This document shows, piece by piece, positions 39,723 to 51,258 of a DNA stretch of 64,000 nt. The stretch is taken from positions 160,001-224,000 of the forward strand of contig JBGAHS010000003.1 in the NCBI GenBank assembly GCA_044226015.1. Reading direction: 5' to 3'. The stretch's first letter is position 1; every line of letters begins with the position of its first letter. Both the position numbers and the translations under genes were made by a program. Origin of the DNA: Candidatus Obscuribacteraceae bacterium. GTDB taxonomy: Bacteria > Cyanobacteriota > Vampirovibrionia > Obscuribacterales > Obscuribacteraceae. The notes beneath the pieces were generated by a model that did not search any database, was not told the DNA's origin, and saw only the letters and a program-made list of their open reading frames with translations.

Positions 39723-40940
39723 ATGTCTGAAACTCAAGACAAGAGATTTGACGGTACTGATAAAGCAGAGGCAGAGAATCAGGAAACTCCAAATCCGTTT
39801 TTCGACGAGGTATCCAGAGACCAGAAAACTGATTCTCGAACTAAGTCTCAAGATGATTCAAAACCCTCGAACACCGATGCAAACTTACCAAACTTCGAAA
39901 TTACTAACGAGTCCGAAAACACAAAAAATACCAGCGGTGACGCAAATTCTCGAGACGTTAATAAAACCGAGAAGTCGCAAAACAAGGCGGCTTCAGATAA
40001 ATTCGGTCCGGGCAGCGTACTAGAAGCGTTCGAGACTGCAAAGCAACTCAATATTCCTGTAATTGTAAACAGAAACATGGACGCTTGCGCCCCCAGCCAA
40101 CAGTCCAATAAAGCGGTCGACAGTTATTTCAAAGGAAATGCCGCTGCGGAAAAAGCTCCCGCCGTGCTAATTGACTTGAATCTCAACAAACTAGACAAAA
40201 TGAGGCAAGAGCATGCGAACCTGCCAGATGGACCCCAGAAAGACAGAATGGGCGAAGAGCTAAAGCTGGCTGACCAGCTGATGAATGCAGGAAACGGACA
40301 GTTTCCAAAAATCAGCAGGTATGACGCAAAAGATAGCTCGACCCCACAAGAAACCATCACTGGAGCTAATCGTCAGAGCATGGATCGACTGATTCACGAA
40401 GATAAGTTGAGTGACAAAGACAACGACAAAAGCAGCGACAAAGGCAATGACAATGACAAAGCCGGCGAAAGTGCCGAGCAAGCGCCAGACAAAAACGCAA
40501 ATCAGAAAGCAGAAAAGGTCCTCAAATTCTCAGACAAAGACATAGCCAGTGCGAAGGAGTATGCCGAGCAACATAAACTTCCGCTGATAGTATTTACTGG
40601 CGGAGACTTCTGCGCACCGAGCCAAGCAGCTGCAGTCAAACTAGACAAGCTTGCCAACAATGTTGCTAACGAAGCTGAACCAAAAGCTGTCATAGTGAAA
40701 CTCGATTTGTCAAAGGCGCAGACAGAACAAAACTCAACTGCGGCAGAAAAGAATGGACGCTCGAACGAGAGCTTACAACTAGCCTCAGAATTGACGAGCA
40801 AAATTAGTCAGATTCCTCATGTCGGGGTCTACAACCCAGGCAACATGAAGTCTATAGGAACACTTAATTTAAACGCTGACACAGCAACACAGCTGAAACA
40901 AGTTTCTAACGCGAAAGAAGCAATGGACAAGCGTCCTTAA
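39723..40940 (+). CDS. protein with two thioredoxin-like CxxS domains and disordered linkers
   Basis: AKQLNIPVIV...ACAPSQ and AEQHKLPLIVF...FCAPSQ, an internal duplication. Confidence 0.75.
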   Translation: MSETQDKRFDGTDKAEAENQETPNPFFDEVSRDQKTDSRTKSQDDSKPSNTDANLPNFEITNESENTKNTSGDANSRDVNKTEKSQNKAASDKFGPGSVLEAFETAKQLNIPVIVNRNMDACAPSQQSNKAVDSYFKGNAAAEKAPAVLIDLNLNKLDKMRQEHANLPDGPQKDRMGEELKLADQLMNAGNGQFPKISRYDAKDSSTPQETITGANRQSMDRLIHEDKLSDKDNDKSSDKGNDNDKAGESAEQAPDKNANQKAEKVLKFSDKDIASAKEYAEQHKLPLIVFTGGDFCAPSQAAAVKLDKLANNVANEAEPKAVIVKLDLSKAQTEQNSTAAEKNGRSNESLQLASELTSKISQIPHVGVYNPGNMKSIGTLNLNADTATQLKQVSNAKEAMDKRP

Positions 40941-41150
40941 GCCAGCAAATTCTCTTTTTGAGCAACGGAAATCGAAAAGAAACCGCTAAATCGCCACTCT
41001 ATTTTTGGCACAAATTTGGCACTGCAATTTTTTGCAGATTCCCAACCCTCTGAGATCATTTCAGGCAGGACGATTACAGACTTCTAAAATTATGCCACCA
41101 CTTTCTTGACATCCACGTGTGTTCTCCATAAACTCAAAGTGGGTTGAGGA

Positions 41151-41816
41151 TTGGTTACTATGACAGATCAAACAAAGGCGCTCGAGAAGCCGAGCGCAGG
41201 CGAAAGCACGAAGACATTCGATTGGCAACATGTATGGAAAAGTGTCGAGGAAAAAGGCTCGCAAATTGGCTCTAGCATAAAGCAGCAGGCATCTCAAATT
41301 GATACGAAAGACCTTACAGAAAAGGCTAAGCATGCGGCAGGCGAAGGACTGAAGATTGCACGAGGAAGGTCAGACAATCATCAGGCGAACCAAATCTCCG
41401 ACGCAGTTTCACAATATGTGCCCGGTGCAGGACTTTTACGCAAAGGCGCAGAAATAGCACACGAAACCGGGGCTGACGGCAAGTTCCTTGAAGGAAAAAA
41501 GGGCGCTCTCCATGCTCCGAGTGAAGGGTCAATGAAATCCCTGGGCAAAGAAGCTCTGGGCACAGCAATACCCATTCCGGGCGGAGTGTGGGCAAACGAA
41601 GCCTTGAACAAAAGTGGAATGAAAGACAAACTTGTCGACGGCACAGTTGATGCAGTAAAAAACCACAAGCTTTCCCAAGAGCTTCACACTCACGCAAATC
41701 CGTTCGACAAAGGTACGGACAAACTTCCAAAACTAGATATTGAAGACAGATCGACTGGTATCATAAATGGTGCAAAAGACAAGATAAAAGCACTGTTCAA
41801 ATCAATAGAAAAGTAG
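41151..41816 (+). CDS. hypothetical hydrophilic protein
   Basis: 221-aa ORF, GAGG upstream; VPGAGLL/IPGGVW segments; likely start ATG 41160. Confidence 0.7.
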   Translation: MVTMTDQTKALEKPSAGESTKTFDWQHVWKSVEEKGSQIGSSIKQQASQIDTKDLTEKAKHAAGEGLKIARGRSDNHQANQISDAVSQYVPGAGLLRKGAEIAHETGADGKFLEGKKGALHAPSEGSMKSLGKEALGTAIPIPGGVWANEALNKSGMKDKLVDGTVDAVKNHKLSQELHTHANPFDKGTDKLPKLDIEDRSTGIINGAKDKIKALFKSIEK

Positions 41817-42231
41817 AAAAGTATTCGCAATTGCCCGGCATCCGCGAGTTCGTCGTGGAGCTGGCAGGAAGTCTGTGCTCTCATATGGGCTTCAAGCCCA
41901 GCTGCCCCAGATTTACGGCTCGAAGCGTGTGCCCCAAGGCTTCTAACGCTTCATCCCCCTTCCCTCCTTTCAACTTGGCACCGCACTTAAACTCTTTTTA
42001 AGGTTTAAAAGAGTTCGGCTTAAACCCGTTCCTGTCGACTAATCTACGACATTTTTACGAATAAACTTCATGCCGTTCCTTGAAACAGCCGCCCAGCATA
42101 TGTTTAGATTGCAAAGGTTTTCGTCTATAAAGCGCGAACCAAAAGCGATCACAATTGATTTGGACAGATATTTATAAGGTTCACAAGAAGTCATAGAGAT
42201 ATGATATCCCAGTAAGTCTTGAAAGAAATGG

Positions 42232-43428
42232 TTGCACATGTCCCTGGCGAACAGACTATCTAAAATACTGCTGGCTGCTTCAATTGTATTGAACACTGGC
42301 CTCAGCTCAGCGCTAGCGACTGACCAGATCCCGCAGGAGATAGATCTTCCTGCCAATTCTCGCATAGTACCAGATGCGGTGCCCACTTCCTCCACTGAAA
42401 CACAGCCGCTCAATTTGAAAGGCATCATTTCTATTTACGAAGGTCCTAGCCCAGACCAGCTGGTAGGCGCGCTTGTCAATCAAGCAATCGTTCGTGATAA
42501 GAATTCTGCAGCTCTGGACGCGCGAGATAAACGCATGCACGGTCCTATGCATAAGGCTGTCGTAGTAGCAAAACAAACCGCTCACTTTGTAATTGAATAT
42601 CGCGGATTCGAAATGTCCAGCGAAGGCGCAGATATCATTCTCGATGAAAAGCTAAAGCTTAAGAGCGAGAATGCAACTGATTACGCCCAACAAAAAAAAG
42701 CGGATGAATTTCATGCCAAGGTTTTCTCCAGTTTATTGCAAATGGGTCAGGGACTGGGCTGCAGCGATCCTTCGCAAAGAGAAAGAATCGTCAGTTCAGG
42801 GAAAGCTTCATTGACTGAGATTGTAGGTCCTGAGGCTGCAGACGATGCGCTCAATAAACTGAAAGGTTGGTCGGGTCAACTAAGCGTTCCAAGCACCATG
42901 TTTAAGCAACAGCCATGGAGCATGATGGAATTACAGCAAAAATCGGAATCATTACTGAGAGACTCCGCTCAGTCAGATCCTGTTATGGGGCTAGTTCGTC
43001 GAGCTCTGCACAAATACAATGGGCACAGCAAATTTGCACTGGGCGCGGCAAAAGTGATTAATACAAGCTTGAACATAGCCATGTTCAGCCCTACTCTAGT
43101 TTCTCCAATTGCACAGATTCTTCAATTCGTTTATCAGATGTCTACTGGTGGTCCTGAAGATTCTAAATTGCTTACCGAACTCTATCTCGACAAACGGCTG
43201 GAATGCAGGTGGAAGAGATTGAACCAGGAATCTAATCAAGCAATAAACGCATACAACAATGCTCTGATGACTAATAATCCTGTCCTACTAGGACTTTCGG
43301 AGTCTTTCATCTCCGCTCTTGGTGGTGAAGAGGCCGGAACCAAGATTATTGGTCAGCACAAACTAATAGCTCGCAAATCGACTCACAATGACGCGATCGA
43401 TTGTGTACAGACACACACCTCAATGTAG
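42232..43428 (+). CDS. exported hypothetical protein
   Basis: signal peptide (LLAASIVL..ALA), helical body. Confidence 0.75.
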   Translation: MHMSLANRLSKILLAASIVLNTGLSSALATDQIPQEIDLPANSRIVPDAVPTSSTETQPLNLKGIISIYEGPSPDQLVGALVNQAIVRDKNSAALDARDKRMHGPMHKAVVVAKQTAHFVIEYRGFEMSSEGADIILDEKLKLKSENATDYAQQKKADEFHAKVFSSLLQMGQGLGCSDPSQRERIVSSGKASLTEIVGPEAADDALNKLKGWSGQLSVPSTMFKQQPWSMMELQQKSESLLRDSAQSDPVMGLVRRALHKYNGHSKFALGAAKVINTSLNIAMFSPTLVSPIAQILQFVYQMSTGGPEDSKLLTELYLDKRLECRWKRLNQESNQAINAYNNALMTNNPVLLGLSESFISALGGEEAGTKIIGQHKLIARKSTHNDAIDCVQTHTSM

Positions 43429-43526
43429 TTAGAGAAGCTAGGCAATAAAGAGTGGCTCATTCCCCACCTTGCAAGTGCGATTGCATCGTAGACAATAGCG
43501 CTTGCAAGTTCTTTTCTGTCATATGT

Positions 43527-44405
43527 TTACTCAAACATGCCGGGCGGCACTGTAATTTGTTGCCTTCCCCACTTGGTTTTGACAGAGCCGAAGCGCTCTT
43601 TTTCTTCTGTATCAAAGAAATCGTTACGTGGGTCACCGACAGCACTACGAGCGCCCGGCGGCGCAATGCTGTTCATAGCACCGACTCCGCTCTGCTTGCT
43701 GGTCATGCCACCAATGCCACTCATGCTGAACTCATCGTCTTGCTTGCGTTCGCTTGGAGGAATTATCGAACCTGACAGGGTTCTTCCTTGCGATGTTGGT
43801 CTGAAAGAAACGTCGCTAGATTCGGCTTGAAACGCCGTGTCTTTTTGCAAGCCTTGCTTTGCTTTAAGCGAAATCTTGAATACGAATACGCGTGGTGATC
43901 GAATATGCAAAATGGAATTCAGCGGAATCATTTGCTGTCCGGAAATTGTTTGAAAGCTGATGCTCTCGTCTTGAACTCCGATGATTCGCCCTTCTACATG
44001 CTTCTCATTCTGCTTTAAGAAGACGGTATCACCACTGGTGCCATCGTCTATTTGCCCGATCATGTCGCCCATCAAAAACAGCGCCAGACCTGTCACGCTT
44101 GGTGGCTCGCTCGTAATGTTGGCTTCAGTTCGAATAACGGAACCCACAAGAATGGTTCGCGGGGTCTCATTGAACTCAGATGCTGCTTTTATCGTCACAA
44201 CGCGGTCAGAGATAATAGCTGTGCCGCTCTTGAGCAAAGTTTTACCAATGGCAGTCACCGGTACTTCGCACTTGATCTTACCGGCGCTATTGTCACCAGT
44301 CGGAGCAAAACTTATCGGGTTAGCAAAAACCTGGACAGAATGCGCAAGACTCAAGACCAGAGTAAGCACGACCAGCCCATTACTTAGAGTTTTCATTGCG
44401 ATCAA
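43527..44405 (-). CDS. exported hypothetical protein
   Basis: signal peptide (VQVFA), beta-rich core, downstream of atpC. Confidence 0.7.
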   Translation of the reverse strand: MIAMKTLSNGLVVLTLVLSLAHSVQVFANPISFAPTGDNSAGKIKCEVPVTAIGKTLLKSGTAIISDRVVTIKAASEFNETPRTILVGSVIRTEANITSEPPSVTGLALFLMGDMIGQIDDGTSGDTVFLKQNEKHVEGRIIGVQDESISFQTISGQQMIPLNSILHIRSPRVFVFKISLKAKQGLQKDTAFQAESSDVSFRPTSQGRTLSGSIIPPSERKQDDEFSMSGIGGMTSKQSGVGAMNSIAPPGARSAVGDPRNDFFDTEEKERFGSVKTKWGRQQITVPPGMFE

Positions 44406-44475
44406 CCTGCATTAGCTGATGCCAATTATCGCATGACAATTGGCATAAAACCGCTCACTTAGAGAGTGTTCAGGA

Positions 44476-44904
44476 TTACATCGAACCTTTGCGACGGCGC
44501 TCACGCAGCTGAACTGCCTTCATACGGGCAATAGCTCTGGAAATCGCCATTTCCGTAACGTAAACATCGAGCTTGTCGGTTTTGGTTGTTTTCTCAGCTT
44601 CTGCGCGTTCCTTAGCCTGGTGTGCTCTTGCCACGTCTACTTCGGTGTCGAGTTCGGCCACATCGCTCAGAACAGTAACTTCGTTGTTTTTGACTTCCAA
44701 AATTCCGCCCATAACTGCAGCGAAATCATCTTCTTTGTTTGTTTTATATCGCAAAATATCAATTGCAAGAGCGGTGACAAGTGGCTCATGCTCAGGAAGG
44801 ATTGAAAGCTCACCATCAACTGCTGTAGCGGTAACTTGCTCAACATCAGTCTCAAGAACAACGCGTTCTGGAGTTACGATTCTCAGTTTCAATGAAGCTG
44901 CCAT
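44476..44904 (-). CDS. atpC: ATP synthase F1 epsilon subunit
   Basis: LRIVTPER, GELSILPEH, MGGILEV..NEVTVL, C-terminal helical hairpin. Confidence 0.95.
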   Translation of the reverse strand: MAASLKLRIVTPERVVLETDVEQVTATAVDGELSILPEHEPLVTALAIDILRYKTNKEDDFAAVMGGILEVKNNEVTVLSDVAELDTEVDVARAHQAKERAEAEKTTKTDKLDVYVTEMAISRAIARMKAVQLRERRRKGSM

Positions 44905-44919
44905 ACTTTTTCTCCGTCC

Positions 44920-45624
44920 TTATTTTTTCTTGTTCGAATTAGTAGCTTTTGACTTTTGCGATGCTGCAGCGGCTTTGTGATTGCCGTTGTTGCTGCGACG
45001 AGCTGCTGCGTGGTGATGAATGATTTCATCAATCAATCCATACTTCAGTGCCTCGTCGGCCGAGAGATAGAAATCTCTTTCAATGTCAGTGCGCAATTGG
45101 CGTTTTTCCTGACCAGTGCAACGATGCAATAACTCTATCTGAGCGTCGCGAAATTTCTGTCCTTGCTTAGCCTGAATTTCCAGGTTTGTGATGTCACCAT
45201 CAGCTTCCCACAAGGTTTGATGGAACATAATCGTCGCAAACTCATAAGAAGAACGTTTTCCGGTGCCTGAAGCAAGTACTTCGCAAGCACCGGACAATGC
45301 GTGTCCAAGACAGATTGTATTCACAGGTGCATCAATGCCGTTCATCACGGCAATGATGGCGTCTGCGTTATAACCATTTCCGCCAGAGGAATTTATAAGA
45401 AGGTCGATCGGAGTTTTTGGGTCACGATCATTCAACTTATACAAACGCTGGATGACGGGCTGAACGACTTCATTTTCGAGGCGACCGAAGAGAAGGACGC
45501 GCCTGTTTTTCGGCTTCTCTGCTTCAGCTTTCTTTTCAGTGCTTACAGCAGCAGCATCCTTCTCAACCTTTTCGGTTTTGTCGGTCTTGTCGATTTTTTC
45601 TGTCTTGTCGTTCTTCTTACTCAT
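44920..45624 (-). CDS. clpP: ClpP-family protease subunit
   Basis: INSSGG, CLGHALSG (Ser), MFHQ (His), ERDFYLSADEALKYGLID (Asp). Confidence 0.88.
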   Translation of the reverse strand: MSKKNDKTEKIDKTDKTEKVEKDAAAVSTEKKAEAEKPKNRRVLLFGRLENEVVQPVIQRLYKLNDRDPKTPIDLLINSSGGNGYNADAIIAVMNGIDAPVNTICLGHALSGACEVLASGTGKRSSYEFATIMFHQTLWEADGDITNLEIQAKQGQKFRDAQIELLHRCTGQEKRQLRTDIERDFYLSADEALKYGLIDEIIHHHAAARRSNNGNHKAAAASQKSKATNSNKKK

Positions 45625-45626
45625 TT

Positions 45627-47102
<1,476 letters not shown>

Positions 47103-47275
47103 TCACCTATCGGCTGCACACCAGTGCATGCCTCTGCAGATCCTAGCAGCATAGGATATAGCTATTTAAGTCTTTGGGACGCTTAGTTTATGATACTTTT
47201 CGATCAGCTAAGTGATGTGACAAAATCAAGGGAAATCTGTGAGAGATTTCATTTCAGAAAGAGCATCGGTGATTA

Positions 47276-48289
47276 GTGTTTTCTAAACTGTTCAGAAACA
47301 AACTACTCCGCTATGCCCTGCTAATCCTCTTCGTAGGCGGCACAGGGACATGTGGATACATGTCACTAGAGCACTGGCATTTTTTCGATGCGCTGTACAT
47401 GACCGTTACAACTCTGACAACGGTTGGCTACGGTGAAACTCATCAACTGCATTTCCAGGGTCGACTCTTCACCATATTTCTTATTCTTTTTGGTGTTGGA
47501 ACTTTGCTTTACATACTTTCCGACACAGCGCACGTCCTCCTGAACACTGACCACAGAGAACTTTTCGGAAGAAGAATCATGAACGACAAAATTGAAAAGC
47601 TCAGCGACCATCAAATCGTCTGCGGCTTCGGGCGCACAGGGCAAGAGATTGCCAGGCAATTCCAGGTTTCAGGAATTCCATTTGTAGTGATTGAGGCAAA
47701 TAAAGAACGCTGTATGCAAGCCCAAGACGATGGCTTATTGTGGATTTGCGGCGATGCCACAGAAGACTCGACACTAAAACATGCACGGGTTTCAAAAGCT
47801 AACGGAATAGTTTGTGCACTGTCTGACGACGCTGCCAACACCTTTATAGCGCTTGGCGCCAAAGAATTCAACGAACATATCAAGATTGTCTGTCGAGCTG
47901 CTAATCCTGGTTCAGAATCCAAGATGACCAGAGCCGGCGCAGATAACGTGGTTTCACCGTACATTATCGCTGGAAGGCGAATGGCGAGCGCTGTAACGCA
48001 TCCGCTGGTGCTCGAATTCCTCGACGTAGCAATGCACAACCCGCAATTCGATTTAAGGCTAGAGCAAATCAAGATAACTTTGCAATCGAAATTAGCCGGA
48101 AAGAGCCTCAAGGATGCTAATATCAAACAGACTGTAGGAGCCATGGTTCTGGCAGTCAACAAGAACGGTCAGCTATTAACAAATCCCGGACCGGGTCTTG
48201 TTTTCGAGGATGGCGACATTCTCGTTGCTCTCGGAGCTGAAGACGAGCTAAAAAAACTTAGCGAGTTGGCCGGCGCAAAGAAAACATAG
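47276..48289 (+). CDS. potassium channel with RCK (TrkA-N/TrkA-C) domains
   Basis: TTVGYGE selectivity filter, CGFGRTG NAD-binding motif, GDAT, TrkA-C tail. Confidence 0.92.
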   Translation: MFSKLFRNKLLRYALLILFVGGTGTCGYMSLEHWHFFDALYMTVTTLTTVGYGETHQLHFQGRLFTIFLILFGVGTLLYILSDTAHVLLNTDHRELFGRRIMNDKIEKLSDHQIVCGFGRTGQEIARQFQVSGIPFVVIEANKERCMQAQDDGLLWICGDATEDSTLKHARVSKANGIVCALSDDAANTFIALGAKEFNEHIKIVCRAANPGSESKMTRAGADNVVSPYIIAGRRMASAVTHPLVLEFLDVAMHNPQFDLRLEQIKITLQSKLAGKSLKDANIKQTVGAMVLAVNKNGQLLTNPGPGLVFEDGDILVALGAEDELKKLSELAGAKKT

Positions 48290-48300
48290 GATTAAAGCAA

Positions 48301-48606
48301 ATGGCTAATGTTGAAGACCTGGAAGAACAAGTAATCACGCTGGAAGGCGAAGACGGTCATTCTTACGTCTGCAGAATTCTTGGTCTATTCGAATTTGAAG
48401 AGAAAGAATACGCTTTGCTTCTAAACATGGGTGAAGCCGGGAAAGAAGAGTCGGAAGAGCCATCAACCGTTGTCATGCAATTGATAACGAAAGATGACCA
48501 GGCAGTTTTCAGAACAATTGAAAACGATGAAGAGTTCGACCGTGTAATCAATTACGTTCGCGAACTTGCAAATGAAATGGAAGGCGAAGAAGGCGGAGCC
48601 GAGTAA
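48301..48606 (+). CDS. DUF1292-like acidic protein
   Basis: ITLEGEDG, FEFEEKEYALL, IENDEEFDRV. Confidence 0.75.
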   Translation: MANVEDLEEQVITLEGEDGHSYVCRILGLFEFEEKEYALLLNMGEAGKEESEEPSTVVMQLITKDDQAVFRTIENDEEFDRVINYVRELANEMEGEEGGAE

Positions 48607-48761
48607 AGCCGCCACTTCCAAGAAGATTCATGCAAGGCTGCCCCCAAAAGCAGCCTTGCTTTTGGTATTTTCGAGTTCTGCCGAAAACAGGCTGCATGGT
48701 TAAACCGCACAGTGTCACAACGAGAACACTAAGCAAAAAATTTCTTGACGACAAAAATAAT

Positions 48762-48835
48762 TGACACGGGGCAGATTTGAACTGCCGGCCTGGGCGTTAT
48801 GAGTGCCCCGCTCTAACCAACTGAGCTACCGTGTC
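48762..48835 (-). tRNA. tRNA with CAU anticodon (elongator Met more likely than Ile2); CCA not encoded
   Basis: GACACGG/CCGTGTC acceptor stem, TAGCTCAGTTGGTTAGAGC D-arm, CTCATAA loop, GTTCAAATC T-loop; paired 1:72 argues against initiator. Confidence 0.9.
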
Positions 48836-48976
48836 TCAAGAAGTGATTATCAACCGACCAAGCTTTTGGTGTCAAGATTAACACTTTCAAGCTGAGATCA
48901 CCGAAAACACGCTACCCATTTCAATTTGCAAGAAGACGTGCCATCATTAAAGTAACAAGAGCTTACGAATTTCCAT

Positions 48977-49234
48977 ATGGTTTTTATCGAAGTAATATCA
49001 CTACTTGTTATAAGCACAATTCTGGTGACCGTAATCCAGGTTGTGGGCAGGAACTATCTGGAAAAATATGCACGAAGCCAAACCAAGGCACTAAGCTCTG
49101 ATAATGAACAGAAGCTTACAAAGCGCATTGAAGCACTTGAAGAAGAACTACGGCAAACAAACCAACGCTTACTCGAGCTAAAAGACACGACTGAGTTTGC
49201 AGTGAAACTAATCGAAGAGAAGAAAAACAAGTAG
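48977..49234 (+). CDS. small single-TM coiled-coil protein
   Basis: N-terminal TM followed by LTKRIEALEEEL heptads. Confidence 0.65.
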   Translation: MVFIEVISLLVISTILVTVIQVVGRNYLEKYARSQTKALSSDNEQKLTKRIEALEEELRQTNQRLLELKDTTEFAVKLIEEKKNK

Positions 49235-49298
49235 AATCCGCCAGAATGGCGGCGCTATCAGGCGAAACTCCAGGCTCGCGAAGCGCTATCAGGTGAAA

Positions 49299-50273
49299 CT
49301 AGACGGCTTGTCGCTGCGCTACAAACCACTCCACAAAATTCTTGATGCCTTCTTCAAATGAGAAGCCAGGCTCATATCCAAGCAACTTGCGAGCACGATC
49401 AGTATTGGCATAAGTGTAAGGCATATCGCCCATCTGAAATTCCTTATGTACCAGCTTTGCTTTCTTACCGAGATACTTCTCAATGAGCTGAATCATGTCC
49501 ATCAAAACGACGGGTTCAGAACGTCCCAGATTCAGTATTTCGAACCCTGAGAAAGGAACTTCCATCGAAGCAGTGATACCAGATACGATATCAGCAACAT
49601 AGGTGTAATCGCGTTTACTAGTTCCATCACCAAACACTTCAATTGGCTTGCCACTATCGATAAGTTTAGCGAACTTATGAATAGCGAGGTCTGGTCTCTG
49701 CCTTGGCCCAAACACAGTAAAGAAGCGCAAATTGATGACTTGAAGCCCACGTGTATGATGCGCTGCGTGGCATATCAATTCGCCAGCCTTTTTTGATGCT
49801 GCGTAAGGAGATAATGGGTTATCAACGCGATCATCCTCACTGAAAGATTCACCTTCACGCTCTCCATAAACCGAGCTAGACGAACCGAAAACGAGCCTTG
49901 CTGGTTTATCTTGCTTGAGTATTCTATCTATCAGTTTTTGCGTTCCAACAAGATTGATATCCATATAGAGCGCAGGTTTTTCCATAGACGGCCTGACCCC
50001 TGCCATCGCCGCAAGATGCACCACCACATCATAGTTGCATTCGGCAAAGACCCTGTCCATGTCTTCATCTGAGCGAAGGTCGCCTTCGATAAGTGTGTAG
50101 TTAGGATTTTTCAAATGCTCTTTTACGTTTGAGCGTTTTATCGATGGATCATAGAAGTCATTAAAGCTGTCGAGAACGACGATGCGATCGCCTCTTTCAA
50201 ATAAACGCTCAACGAGGTGGCTACCAATAAATCCGGCGCCACCTGTTACCAGAACATTTCTTTGAGCTGCCAT
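49299..50273 (-). CDS. NAD-dependent epimerase (UDP-glucuronate 4-epimerase-like)
   Basis: TGGAGFIG, HLAAMAGVRPS, SSSSVYG, YAASK, RFFTVFGPRQRPD. Confidence 0.9.
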   Translation of the reverse strand: MAAQRNVLVTGGAGFIGSHLVERLFERGDRIVVLDSFNDFYDPSIKRSNVKEHLKNPNYTLIEGDLRSDEDMDRVFAECNYDVVVHLAAMAGVRPSMEKPALYMDINLVGTQKLIDRILKQDKPARLVFGSSSSVYGEREGESFSEDDRVDNPLSPYAASKKAGELICHAAHHTRGLQVINLRFFTVFGPRQRPDLAIHKFAKLIDSGKPIEVFGDGTSKRDYTYVADIVSGITASMEVPFSGFEILNLGRSEPVVLMDMIQLIEKYLGKKAKLVHKEFQMGDMPYTYANTDRARKLLGYEPGFSFEEGIKNFVEWFVAQRQAV

Positions 50274-50340
50274 TTGCTTTCCTCTTGTTTGGAAATGGAT
50301 TCTTCCGTTTCTTACTTCTGCTTTGTACTTCTCTTGCCGA

Positions 50341-51114
50341 TTACACTTCAGCTTTGACCTTTGAGCTTTGATTGAGCCGCTTCATTGCCGCCTTCACAAA
50401 AGCTGAAAACAACTCTTCGTTTCCGGTGTAGTCGCGTTCGGGATGCCATTGTACTCCAATTACAAAATCGCGCTCTGGCATCTCCACTGCTTCAATGATG
50501 CCGTCTTCAGCGTCAGCTGTTGCGACAAGCCCATCTCCTAGCGATTTAACTGCCTGGTGATGCGATGTTGGAACGTCAAAGGCGCTCTTGCTGAAAATAC
50601 CTGCAAGCTTAGTGCCCTGCCTCAAAATTACACGATGATAATGGAAGCCATCTTTCCATCCATTTACAGAAGCGTGATCGACAGGCGTATTTGGAAATTC
50701 GCTCGGGATGTCCTGGTGCAAACCGCCACCAAGACCGATATTGAGAATTTGACAACCGGCGCAAATTCCCAAGATTGGCAGTTCTTTCATCTCCAAAGCA
50801 CGTTTGATCAGCCTGCTATCGAAGTCGAGGCGGTCTGTATGAGCCAGCTCAACGCTTTCGTGCTTCTCTTCGCCGTAAGTGCTGGGACAATAATCGTAGC
50901 CACCTGTGAAAAGAACGCCATCGAGCCGCTGTAAAAGCTGGTCAACATCCTTATCGTCCATAGGTGGAATTAAAACTGGAATTCCGCCAGCTCTTTGAAT
51001 TGCTTCATAGTAGAAAGCTTGAAGTTTGGCTACTTTAGGCTGTTCGCCTTCGATATCAACGTTGATTCCTATTACCGGCTTCATATCTGCCTCAAATTCA
51101 CTGAAACTCTGCAT
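50341..51114 (-). CDS. peptidase C26 / gamma-glutamyl-GABA hydrolase family glutamine amidotransferase
   Basis: LGICAG, SHHQAV, GVQWHPE. Confidence 0.9.
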   Translation of the reverse strand: MQSFSEFEADMKPVIGINVDIEGEQPKVAKLQAFYYEAIQRAGGIPVLIPPMDDKDVDQLLQRLDGVLFTGGYDYCPSTYGEEKHESVELAHTDRLDFDSRLIKRALEMKELPILGICAGCQILNIGLGGGLHQDIPSEFPNTPVDHASVNGWKDGFHYHRVILRQGTKLAGIFSKSAFDVPTSHHQAVKSLGDGLVATADAEDGIIEAVEMPERDFVIGVQWHPERDYTGNEELFSAFVKAAMKRLNQSSKVKAEV

Positions 51115-51258
51115 AGCGGAGCGCCCGCCGCATACAAGATAGCACGCTTAAAAGCTTAGGGATCTTTAAGCCATTCTTTGCTTCGCTTAAGCCTTCTTGT
51201 CGATCACAGATGCTAATGTGTGAAGGTTGTATGCCATCAGCGGAGAGTGTGAGCCAAG

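Noticed and set aside
41820..42230. Possible ncRNA in a long intergenic region (TGGGC-ttcaa-GCCCA; AACTCTTTT-N8-AAAAGAGTT)
   Set aside because: No match to SRP, 6S, tmRNA or RNase P features that I could recognise; isolated hairpins only
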